Shown here piece by piece: positions 1 to 8,338 of a DNA stretch of 64,000 nt. Under the pieces are notes generated by a model that saw nothing but the letters and a program-made list of their open reading frames with translations, had not been told where the DNA came from and ran no database searches. A program made the position numbers and the translations under genes. Within the stretch, counting starts at the first letter, position 1. Every line of letters starts with the position of its first letter. This DNA comes from an uncultured Acidobacteriota bacterium (lineage in GTDB: Bacteria > Acidobacteriota > UBA6911 > RPQK01), in NCBI GenBank assembly GCA_963744645.1, contig CAVUUN010000010.1, positions 122,150 through 186,149 of the forward strand, read 5' to 3'.

Positions 1-1070
1 GGTTCAGAGCCTGGATAGCACGTTCTTCCGCGAGGGAAGCGGATCCGGTCACGCATCCACGTGACACGACGAGCGCGGGTCCTCCCTCCGCAAGTGACTG
101 GGCCGTTTCGACGACCGCCCCGGGTGCGATTCCGGTAATCTCGGCGACCCGCTCGGGCGGGAATTCCCGCAGGAGGCTCCGGTATGCGGAATCCGGTGCA
201 AGGTCGGGGCAGACGACCGAGGGATCGTACAGCTTTTTCTCGATCAAGAGATTGGCGAGACCCAGGGCCAGTGCCGCCTCGCTGCCAGGCTTGATCGGCA
301 ACCACACATCGGCTGCCCGGGCGGTAAGCGAACCGTTCGGCTCGGCTTGGATCAGTCTGGTCTTTCGGTCGGAGCCCAGGAACTGGGTAACCAGCCGGCC
401 CGAGGTTCCCCATCCTTCCAGCAGGGGTGCCCCGAAACTCAGGACTGTCTTGCTTCCTTGAATGTCGAGAGCCCATGACTCGGTGGGCTCGACCATGCTT
501 CGCCAGCACCCGGACGCCGTCGCGGTGATCGGGCGGAACGAGGTAGGCGGAGCGTGGGAAGCCGGCCAGAAGCGCCTGCAGGGCAGTCGAGACGCGCTGA
601 TCCCGGCGTGGCGTCCACGCACGCCACGTACCCCGCCGCCTGAGGCTGGGTGACATCCCGAAGCCGCGACGACACTACACGTGTTGCATCGCCAGTGCCG
701 CGGGCCGCAGATCCCCGCTGCTCGTGCGGAGGAGCGGTTGGGTGAACCGGTCTGGGTGGTAGCGCAGGTGATGGGCCAGCAGGCCGAGCGGACACAAGAA
801 TCCCTGGCTTGCCGGGTTGGAGCGGACGCCCGCAAGGGAGACCGGTTGCCCTGCTACACAGCGAACCTGCGCCGCACATCCAGAGCCGCAAAGCACGCAG
901 TTCGTGTATTTGAACGTGATCGCACCTTTTGGCGGCTTGGGGATCCAGGACCAGTTCTGAGTCCAGATTGATGTATCGTCCAGGAGTTTCCACGGCAAAG
1001 GAGACAGGAATGTCCCAATCGACGCACCCCCGGCAAATCTAAGAAGATTGCGACGAGAAATAATGGCCAT
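1..1070 (-). CDS. Tat-exported molybdopterin-oxidoreductase-like subunit (ActB-like partner of the upstream pentaheme cytochrome). Only the 5' part is in the window and the gene runs off the window start. The reading frame breaks between about 480 and 680.
   Basis: ORF 675..1070(-) starts MAIISRRNLLRFAGG (twin-arginine signal) followed by the CVLCGSGC Cys cluster. My own translation of the reverse strand of 1..480 gives MVEPTESWALDIQGSKTVLSFGAPLLEGWGTSGRLVTQFLGSDRKTRLIQAEPNGSLTARAADVWLPIKPGSEAALALGLANLLIEKKLYDP, a MopB-type domain in a different frame. At least one indel therefore lies in between. Confidence 0.55.
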
Positions 1071-1086
1071 AATATAGAAAAATCGA

Positions 1087-1674
1087 TTACTTGTGACACA
1101 GCAGGCAATTATCCTTAGCTTGTCGTTCCACGTGGCAGGCGATACAGTCGTCCATCTTCATGCCCTCCCAGGGTTCCCGCGAAACTCTGGAGATCGACGG
1201 ACCCCAGATGTCCCGGCTGTATCCGCTGATCCGGTTCCGCTCGAAAGTGCGGAGAGTATCGGTCTTACCGTGCGGACCGTGACACCGTTCGCAGGCGATT
1301 TCGGCGCCTTTCACGTGCTGAACGTGGGAAAAATAAACGTTTTCAGGCTGTTCTGAGTAAACCAACCAGGGGATTTCGCGGTTCTTCGAGACGTACTGTT
1401 CGAAGAGCACCTTCTCGGCGACCGTCTTCCCCTGAGGTTCGGAATGACAACTCGTGCAGTTATCAATTTTCGGTATTCCGGCGAAAGTGCCATCGTCCCG
1501 GAAAGAATGACAATCTTCGCAGCTCATTCCGGCCTGCTCGCCGGCGTGCACCTTATGGCTGAAGTCGAGCGGCTGCTCGATTCTTTCGTAAAGTGCCAGG
1601 GGGAAAACCCACCAACCGACCGCGAGGCTCAGAACGAGGCCACCTACAAAACTAACCTTACCGCGCAACTCCAA
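1087..1674 (-). CDS. Membrane-anchored pentaheme cytochrome c (ActA-like, Alternative Complex III / NrfH-NapC-like quinol dehydrogenase partner)
   Basis: 195 aa with an N-terminal TM helix (VSFVGGLVLSLAVGWWVFPLAL) and five CxxCH motifs (CEDCH, CTSCH, CERCH, CIACH, CLLCH). It sits 17 bp upstream of the Tat-molybdopterin subunit on the same strand. Confidence 0.75.
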   Translation of the reverse strand: MELRGKVSFVGGLVLSLAVGWWVFPLALYERIEQPLDFSHKVHAGEQAGMSCEDCHSFRDDGTFAGIPKIDNCTSCHSEPQGKTVAEKVLFEQYVSKNREIPWLVYSEQPENVYFSHVQHVKGAEIACERCHGPHGKTDTLRTFERNRISGYSRDIWGPSISRVSREPWEGMKMDDCIACHVERQAKDNCLLCHK

Positions 1675-1901
1675 GGCGACCTCCGTTAGATGAAGGGGGA
1701 GAAGAACTCATTGAATATGACGAGGGCGTCCTCCCGACTGACATGCTTGAGGAGGCCCCTGGCCCACGTTCCCCCGTCTGTGGCTAATGGCAGTCCATCG
1801 AGCTCCGGGCTGGGTAAGCCGGCGATGGACGAAATCGGTCAGGCGGTCACATTCCCTGCGCATCCAGGCGAACGCTTCTTTCCCCCGCATCAGTCCTTCC
1901 G

Positions 1902-2645
1902 TCACGGAGACTTCAGACCCCGGGACTCCAACCCTTCAAATAACCACCCAAAACTGTAGGGATCGGACGTGAGCTTTTCAGGATGAGCTCGCAGGTAGTG
2001 ATTCGCATAGGTTACCTGAAACGGATTGGGGAAAGTCAATTGAAGTTCCTTCCCGTCCGTTGTAACCACCGCTGATGGCCTGCGGATGCCGCCATTGCCA
2101 AGGAACGTCAGGGCGTCGATGGACTCGAGAAGGGCCGCCAGAAACCCGTCTATTCCCACGTGGCAGTAGCCTTCGCTGCTGAGATCCAGCCACATGTGGT
2201 TCGACGAGTAGAAGAGCCAACCGGGGACCCGGATGCCTTCGATCCAAACCTCGCGCGGCTCGACCTGTTCCAGCCCCGAAGCACTCTCGGTCACCGCGTG
2301 CTCGCTGACCACGTCCGGCTCGACCAACGCCAGGAAGAGCTCGCAGTAGCGATGCGAATCGGTTCCGCAGCGGGACAGGGACGATTCCGCGTAGGGAATG
2401 AACTTCGGGGTCGGGTCGGCCGAGCAGTACTGCACCAGCGAATCATGGAGATACGGGCAGGACGGCGTCGGCGGGCAGACCTCGGAGCACAGAATCGGCT
2501 GGCCCTGGTACCAGGAACACTCGTGATAGCTCGTATTCGAGCAACGCTCCTGTCCCTCGGCAATGAGGGAACTGAGCAGCAGCTTCCTAAACGGTGCGAT
2601 GCTGCAGGAACGAGCGTGTCCGTGCTTCAGAAAGGGACAAGGCAT
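1902..2645 (-). CDS. Hypothetical Cys-rich protein with a C-terminal glycine-cleavage-H-like (lipoyl/biotinyl hybrid-barrel) domain
   Basis: 247 aa. The N-terminal third carries 12 Cys. The segment SSNHMWLDLSSEGYCHVGIDGFLAALLESIDALTFL resembles the GcvH core (HEW..VEG..ATVGITDYAQ). No frameshift. Confidence 0.5.
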   Translation of the reverse strand: MPCPFLKHGHARSCSIAPFRKLLLSSLIAEGQERCSNTSYHECSWYQGQPILCSEVCPPTPSCPYLHDSLVQYCSADPTPKFIPYAESSLSRCGTDSHRYCELFLALVEPDVVSEHAVTESASGLEQVEPREVWIEGIRVPGWLFYSSNHMWLDLSSEGYCHVGIDGFLAALLESIDALTFLGNGGIRRPSAVVTTDGKELQLTFPNPFQVTYANHYLRAHPEKLTSDPYSFGWLFEGLESRGLKSP

Positions 2646-2690
2646 TTAGTGGTTTCCTGTTCTGATAGGGAAAATGACCGGCTCGAACTC

Positions 2691-2924
2691 TTACTTGTCT
2701 TTCGGTTCGTCTACTTTCTCGCCGCCGTCCGCCATCGTCAGGCCGAGGCCCTCAAGGGCAAAGGCATGGTCGTCAGCTTCCAATTGGGCATGCTTGCGAT
2801 GGCTGGCCAAGACGTCTTTCAGAACGGCGCGTCCAATGACCACGCAGCAGACCAGGGTCACGAGTCCAAGAACGATGTTCGTGAAGTTCAGCCAGTAGGT
2901 TTGCGGATCGCTCATATCTAACAC
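2691..2924 (-). CDS. Small single-pass membrane protein, hypothetical
   Basis: 77 aa with one strong TM segment (IVLGLVTLVCCVVIGRAVL). It sits at the head of the minus-strand gene string leading to the cytochrome/Mo-oxidoreductase genes, with a 600-bp divergent structured intergenic region upstream. Confidence 0.35.
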   Translation of the reverse strand: MLDMSDPQTYWLNFTNIVLGLVTLVCCVVIGRAVLKDVLASHRKHAQLEADDHAFALEGLGLTMADGGEKVDEPKDK

Positions 2925-3269
2925 GTGTTCTCCTCTCGGTTATCAGGAGGGCCGGCTCGTGCCGGTCCTGCGGCGGCAGAGAGTTCGTCTGACAGCCGCT
3001 TGCGCAGTACAATGTAAGCAAATCTCGGACCGTTCGGAGGGAGAAGGTGTGCTATAGCCGTTAAGGGTTTGTGTAACTGAGAGATAAAGGGCAGGCGGTG
3101 GCCGGTATGCCGCGCCCGCGCTTTTCGGGTGCGTGTAGGGATTACCGGCACGTTTGTCGGATTCTCCTACACGCGTGAGCTTGGGGCGGAGGGCCTTTTT
3201 GTGAGCGCGCAGGGCGACGTGAACGAGCGCGAAGGCGGGCCTTGTTGGAGCGAGAGGTCGGCCTTCTGG

Positions 3270-3476
3270 AGCGCGGACGTCCCGTCCGCACTGGGTTCGC
3301 GGGCATCTTGCCCGCGCGCCGGGCATCCTGCCCGGCGTTGGTTTTGCCCGGGCGGGCTCCTCGCGTCGGACACCGGAGACGGCGGGCAAGATGCCCGCCC
3401 CGCGGACGGGACGTCCGCGAACCCAGTGCGGACGAGATGTCCGCGCTCCCGAAGGCCGATGTCCGCGCTCCCGAAC
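3270..3476. repeat. Nested GC-rich palindrome plus a 2x tandem 20-bp repeat in a divergent intergenic region
   Basis: 3272-3316 (gcgcggacgtcccgtccgcactgggttcgcgggcatcttgcccgc) pairs with 3381-3433 (gcgggcaagatgcccgc cccgcggacgggacgtccgcg aacccagtgcggacg). gcgggcatcttgcccgc and gcgggcaagatgcccgc are exact reverse complements. The unit gatgtccgcgctcccgaa repeats twice at 3434-3476. Confidence 0.7.
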
Positions 3477-3555
3477 CGATCTCGCGCTCCGAAGGCAGGG
3501 TTCGCCTTCGCGGTCGATGTTCCTACGCGTCGGAAATGGGGTAGAATGACTCCTT

Positions 3556-4266
3556 ATGCAAAGCGGCTTGTGGCTTTTGCTTGGGACCGCGGCGAGCATC
3601 GGCTTTCTTCATACTTTGATCGGGGTGGATCATTCTTTGCCGTTCATCGTTATCGGCAAGGCTCAGAACTGGCCGTATCGGAAGCTGCTTCTCATTACCA
3701 GCCTGTGCGGGCTTGGGCACGTGCTGTCCTCCGTGCTGCTCGGGTTCATGGGGATCGGGCTTGGAGTCGCGGTCGAACGATTGCAATGGATCGAGGGCAG
3801 CCGGGGAGAAGTGTCCGCCTGGTTGCTGATCGGATTTGGGCTCGCATACGCCAGCTGGGCGTTCTACCGTTACCTCCGGAATCGTCCCCACCACCATGTC
3901 CATCTGCACGAGGGGAGTGAAGAGCACGCCCATGAGCATGGCCATACCGACGAGCATCTCCATCCGCACAAGCTGAGCCGCCGGAGCCTTACCGTCTGGA
4001 CGCTTTTTGTCGTCTTCGTGTTCGGGCCATGCGAGCCGCTGATCCCTTTGCTGATGGTGCCCGCCCTGCAATACAACTGGGCGGCCGTAACACTCGTCGC
4101 TACGGTTTTCAGTCTGACTACCATACTGACAATGGTGACGGTCGTGACGATCGGATACTTCGGCCTCCGACCGTCCTTCCTGCGACTCTTCGAGCGCCAC
4201 GTGCACATCGTAGCCGGTCTGATGATCGCGGCCAGCGGACTGGCCATCAAACTGCTGGGTATCTAA
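3556..4266 (+). CDS. His-rich-loop metal transporter (NicO/RcnA-like nickel/cobalt efflux family)
   Basis: 236 aa with six predicted TM helices and a central cytoplasmic loop HHHVHLHEGSEEHAHEHGHTDEHLHPH typical of RcnA-type transporters. Confidence 0.55.
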   Translation: MQSGLWLLLGTAASIGFLHTLIGVDHSLPFIVIGKAQNWPYRKLLLITSLCGLGHVLSSVLLGFMGIGLGVAVERLQWIEGSRGEVSAWLLIGFGLAYASWAFYRYLRNRPHHHVHLHEGSEEHAHEHGHTDEHLHPHKLSRRSLTVWTLFVVFVFGPCEPLIPLLMVPALQYNWAAVTLVATVFSLTTILTMVTVVTIGYFGLRPSFLRLFERHVHIVAGLMIAASGLAIKLLGI

Positions 4267-4276
4267 CCTGAGAAAC

Positions 4277-5747
4277 ATGAGCACCAAGCCTGCCGATCCT
4301 GGGCCTCCACTTGGTGACCTCGATCCTGAGACGTTTCGGGAATGGGGCCACCATATCGTCGACTGGATTGCCGAATATCTGGCCAATCCGGAAAAGTATC
4401 CCGTCCTCTCCAAAGTCGAGCCCGGTTCAATCCGAGGGCAGCTTCCAGCGTCTCCTCCCCGTGCAGCCGGAAGATCTTCGGAACGTTTGGCGCGACATCG
4501 AGAACATGATCGTGCCCGGACTGACTCACTGGAATCACCCGGGATTCATGGCCTATTTCGGGATCAGCGGGTCGGCCCCCGGTATTCTTGGCGAGCTCCT
4601 CTCCGCGGCCTTCAACGTCAACGCGATGCTTTGGAAGACCTCACCGGCCGCGACCGAGCTCGAGGAGGTAACGCTCGACTGGCTTCGCCAGATGCTGGGT
4701 CTGCCGGAGCGGTTTTCAGGGAATCATCTACGACACCGCTTCAACCTCGACTCTTCACGCCATCGTCGCCGCACGCGAGGCAATTCCCGGCCTCGGCGCG
4801 CGTGAGGAAGGTCTCTCGGGTAGGCCAGGGAGCGAGATCCTCCGGCTCTACACATCCGAGCAGGCACATTCGTCGGTGGAAAAAGGGGCCATCACGGCCG
4901 GAATCGGCCACAAGAACGTCCGAAAGATCGCGGTGGACGCCGAATTCCGGATGAATTCGGCCGCGCTGGAAAAGGCAATCGTGGAAGACCTCGCCGCCGG
5001 GCTGCGGCCCTTCTGCGTTGTGGCTACTGTCGGAACGACATCGACGACCAGTATCGACCCGGTTCCCGCCGTCGCTCGCATCTGCGAGCGCTACGGCGCC
5101 TGGCTGCATGTGGATGCCTCCTACGGAGGCGCGGCGGCTTTGCTTCCCGAGATGCGATGGGTACTCGAAGGCTGCGCAAGGCGGACTCCATCGTCGTCAA
5201 TCCCCACAAATGGCTCTTCACGCCGGTTGATTTAAGTGCCTTCTACTGCCGCCGGCCGGCCATCCTGAAGCAGGCCTTCAGCCTGGTGCCGGAGTACCTG
5301 AAGACCGGGCAGGACGACGTCGTCAGAAACTACATGGATTACGGCTTCCAGCTGGGCCGGCGTTTTCGCGCTCTCAAGCTGTGGCTCGTTATCCGGACTT
5401 TTGGCAGCGACGGCATGGCGGCCAGGATTCGGGAACATATCAGGCTCGCCCGCCTCGTTGCCGATTGCATCGACCAGGACCAGGACTTCGAACGGATGGC
5501 GCCCACTCCCTTCAGCACCATCTGTTTTCGGGCGGTTCGGCCCGGCTCTCACTCACAGGATCTCGATGCGCTCAACCAGCGACTGCTCGACGAAGTGAAC
5601 AGAAGCGGTGAAGTCTTCCTTTCCCACACCCGTCTCCACGGCCGGCTCGCGCTCAGGATGGCGATCGGGAACATTCGGACCGACGAGGCGTGGGTGCGAC
5701 GGGCTTGGCAACTGGTCAGGAAATCCCTGGACGCTGTCTCCGGTTAA
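4277..5747 (+). CDS. Group II PLP-dependent decarboxylase (aromatic-L-amino-acid / tyrosine decarboxylase family), interrupted by three 1-bp frame breaks
   Basis: The N-terminus MSTKPADPGPPLGDLDPETFREWGHHIVDWIAEYL, the segment NMIVPGLTHWNHPGFMAYF, and SIVVNPHKWLFTPVDLSAFY (PLP-Lys motif) all match the family, but lie in three different frames. Breaks are at about 4445 (C4 run), about 4715 and about 5165. Removing or adding one base at each site gives a continuous canonical sequence. Confidence 0.8.
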
Positions 5748-5765
5748 CAGCCACCTCGCCTGTAT

Positions 5766-7295
5766 TTACAGAGTGACCGACGGCGTGGCAGCCGCCCGCT
5801 CACCGTTTCGTTCGCCGTTTCGCTCACCGTTTCGCTCACCGTTCTTCTGGCGCGAGCCGTTCTGTGGTTTCTCGCGTTCCTCGCCTGGCTCGATCACCTC
5901 TTCGAACCACTTGCTGGTATGAGAGCGAACCATCTGATGAAGATAAATGCGTGCGATGAATGGTTCGGGGTGGTGGAACGAGTTAAGGTACAGGTTGATC
6001 AGCGCATTGGAGTACTTGTCCAGGTAGATATTGTCGATCTGGGTCGGGTCTCCGAGGACGATCAGCTTGGTGTCGTCCCCCAGCCGTGTGCCGAGAGTTC
6101 GCATCTGGAAGGGGTTGGCGTTCTGCGCCTCGTCAAAAATCACGATCGCGCCAGACAAATCGGCTCCCCGGACGTCGGCAAGATTAATCAGTTCGATGAC
6201 TCCCGATTCGATCAGTTTGTGGTATCCGGCATCCGGCTCCGGCCGATCGTCTTCGGTGAACAATCTGAGCTTCTCGATGAACGGGCGCATTTTGGGGATG
6301 AGCTTGCGCTTGACCGACCCGGGCAGGAAGCCGATGTCCTCACCCAACCGGCTCTTGGTGATCAGCGGTTTCACGAGCTTGATTGATTCGTAGCGCCCCT
6401 CCTTGAGAACCTTCTGGAGGGCAGCGGCCATCGCGATGTACGTCTTGCCGGTCCCCGCCTTGCCTATGATGACCTGGACTTTGATCGAGTCGTCCAGGGC
6501 CTGGTGCATGCAGATCGCCTGTTCATGATTGTACGAGTACAGCGACTGGTCAAGGACCTTCGGAGGGGAGCCGAGCACTTTGATGCCCTTATAGTCCAGG
6601 TACTTGACCTGGTTCTCCTTGCGAACACCCAGTCCGAAGAACTTGCCTTTGGAGTCGAGCAGGACGATCCCCTCGTTTTCCAGCAAGCGCCATTTGCGCT
6701 GGTAAGTCAGTCCCCACGTCTCGGGGCTTTTGTCCTGGAAGATTTCATTGACCTCCTCTTCAGATAACATCTGTTCTCGAAGCGGCGAGAAGAGGCTGTT
6801 CAGAAACTCTTCGCTGATCTTGTCGTGCCGGTAGTCTTCGGTCTTGACTCCGACGATTCGGGACTTGATCCGCAGGTTCCGATCCTTGGTGACGAAGATG
6901 AACTCGCGGGTCGGAAAGCGCCGCTGCATGTTCATCACCTGCCAGAGCATCATGTTGTCTTTGTGACCCTGTTCCAGCTCCCGGGGAAGTGATCCGGCGA
7001 CCTGGGAGGTCAGGAAGAAAAGGGTGCCGTCCTTGCCGTTTGGGATCTGCAGCCCTTCCTCGCTGTATCCCCGCCGCAGGAGGATCTCGAGCTTCTGGCT
7101 TATCTCGCGAGCATTGAACCCGAGGACCGGATCGTGCTTTTTGGCGTCGATTTCTTCAAGCGCGAGCATTGGGATGACGACGATATGCTCGTCAAACCTG
7201 AACATAGAGGCGGGGTCATGAAGCAGAACGTTCGTATCCAGAACATAGACCCGGCGGTTTCCGTTTTGTGAGAAAAGGGAGGGCGGGATTTCCAT
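5766..7295 (-). CDS. PhoH2-type protein (N-terminal PIN domain fused to a PhoH-like ATPase)
   Basis: 509 aa. VYVLDTNVLLHDP marks the PIN domain. GKAGTGKTYIAMAAAL is a Walker A motif in the PhoH domain. The C-terminus has an in-frame 12-bp tandem repeat (NGERNGERNGERNGER) at 5799-5845. Confidence 0.85.
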   Translation of the reverse strand: MEIPPSLFSQNGNRRVYVLDTNVLLHDPASMFRFDEHIVVIPMLALEEIDAKKHDPVLGFNAREISQKLEILLRRGYSEEGLQIPNGKDGTLFFLTSQVAGSLPRELEQGHKDNMMLWQVMNMQRRFPTREFIFVTKDRNLRIKSRIVGVKTEDYRHDKISEEFLNSLFSPLREQMLSEEEVNEIFQDKSPETWGLTYQRKWRLLENEGIVLLDSKGKFFGLGVRKENQVKYLDYKGIKVLGSPPKVLDQSLYSYNHEQAICMHQALDDSIKVQVIIGKAGTGKTYIAMAAALQKVLKEGRYESIKLVKPLITKSRLGEDIGFLPGSVKRKLIPKMRPFIEKLRLFTEDDRPEPDAGYHKLIESGVIELINLADVRGADLSGAIVIFDEAQNANPFQMRTLGTRLGDDTKLIVLGDPTQIDNIYLDKYSNALINLYLNSFHHPEPFIARIYLHQMVRSHTSKWFEEVIEPGEEREKPQNGSRQKNGERNGERNGERNGERAAATPSVTL

Positions 7296-7487
7296 AAACT
7301 GTCTTCCCTTGAGATTCGTTCGGGTGATCGTGTTCGGAGCGCAGTGGGTCGGTCTCGGAGATAAGCAAGAGCGGGGAACGGGGGAATAAGGTCGGCCTGT
7401 GGGCCAAGGCCGGTCGCTGCACGCCGGGTTACTTCAGTGGCAATGCTCATAAAGCAAACCGAGTATAGAAGCCGCGCCTGACTCTTT

Positions 7488-8306
7488 TCAGACGTCTACC
7501 CGCTCGGAACTCACCTCATAGCCGAGGAAAGCGCCCGCCAGGCGATCGAAATTCTCGGTTCGATCGGTGGTAATAAAGCGGCGTGTTCCTGTGCGGGAGA
7601 GCCGTGAAGCATGCTCGGGATGGCGGCGCAGGTAATCGGCCAGGCTGGGGGCAACGAACTGCGATTGGATCAGGATTCTGACCTCCGGGGAAACGATCGC
7701 GCGGATGCTCCGGTACAACAGCGGGTAATGGGTGCAGGCGAGAAGGAGGGTATCGATCCCGTTGCCGCGGCTGGAAAGCTGAGTAGCGTTCCAGTATTTT
7801 CGAATGAAGTACTCGACCGCGGGTCCTTCAAGCTCGCCTGATTCGACCAGCGGAACCAGGAGGGGACACGGCTGCTGAATGAGGCGAAGGTCAGGAGCCA
7901 GCTTCTCGAGCTCCAGGCCGAAGCTGTTCGACACGACGGTGCCCTCTGTCGCCCAGAGTGCAACGCCGCCGGTCTTGGTCATCCGGCTCATTTCCTCAAC
8001 CGAGGGTCGGATGACGCCCAGGACCCTCCGGTCAGGGTAGTGGACGGGCAGGAACTTCTGCTGGATATTGCGCAAAGCCTTCGCCGAAGCGGTGTTGCAG
8101 GCGATGATCACCAGATGGCAGTTCTCTCGGAAGAGAAACTCGAGGCACTCGGTGGTAAAGTGAAGAATCGTCTCGAAGGACCGGCTTCCGTACGGCGTCC
8201 GGGCGTTATCGCCCAGATAGAGATAGTCATATTCGGGGAGAAGTTTCTGGATGGCGTCGTAAATGGTGAGACCACCGAACCCCGAATCGAAAACCCCGAT
8301 TTTCAT
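7488..8306 (-). CDS. murI: Glutamate racemase
   Basis: 272 aa. MKIGVFDSGFGGLT, IIACNTASA and LLLACTHYPLL are the hallmark MurI motifs, including both catalytic Cys regions. Confidence 0.9.
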   Translation of the reverse strand: MKIGVFDSGFGGLTIYDAIQKLLPEYDYLYLGDNARTPYGSRSFETILHFTTECLEFLFRENCHLVIIACNTASAKALRNIQQKFLPVHYPDRRVLGVIRPSVEEMSRMTKTGGVALWATEGTVVSNSFGLELEKLAPDLRLIQQPCPLLVPLVESGELEGPAVEYFIRKYWNATQLSSRGNGIDTLLLACTHYPLLYRSIRAIVSPEVRILIQSQFVAPSLADYLRRHPEHASRLSRTGTRRFITTDRTENFDRLAGAFLGYEVSSERVDV

Positions 8307-8338
8307 TCTTTGATCTTAGCCTAGAATAGGTTAGTCAC

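Noticed and set aside
2943-3920. ORFs 2943..3599(-) 218 aa and 3129..3920(+) 263 aa
   Set aside because: Both are Arg/Pro/Ala-rich translations of the GC-rich palindromic intergenic region. They overlap each other and the start of the real transporter gene, and have no protein-like hydrophobic periodicity.
3523-4413. ORF 3523..4413(-) 296 aa, antisense to the metal transporter
   Set aside because: His/Gln/Arg-rich mirror of the transporter's His-loop coding region. The sense-strand gene has clear TM architecture.
4277-5747. Calling the decarboxylase a true pseudogene because of three frameshifts
   Set aside because: The same homopolymer-indel pattern hits at least eight other genes, including essential-looking ones, and each junction is repaired by a single base. 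Sequencing error is the more parsimonious explanation.
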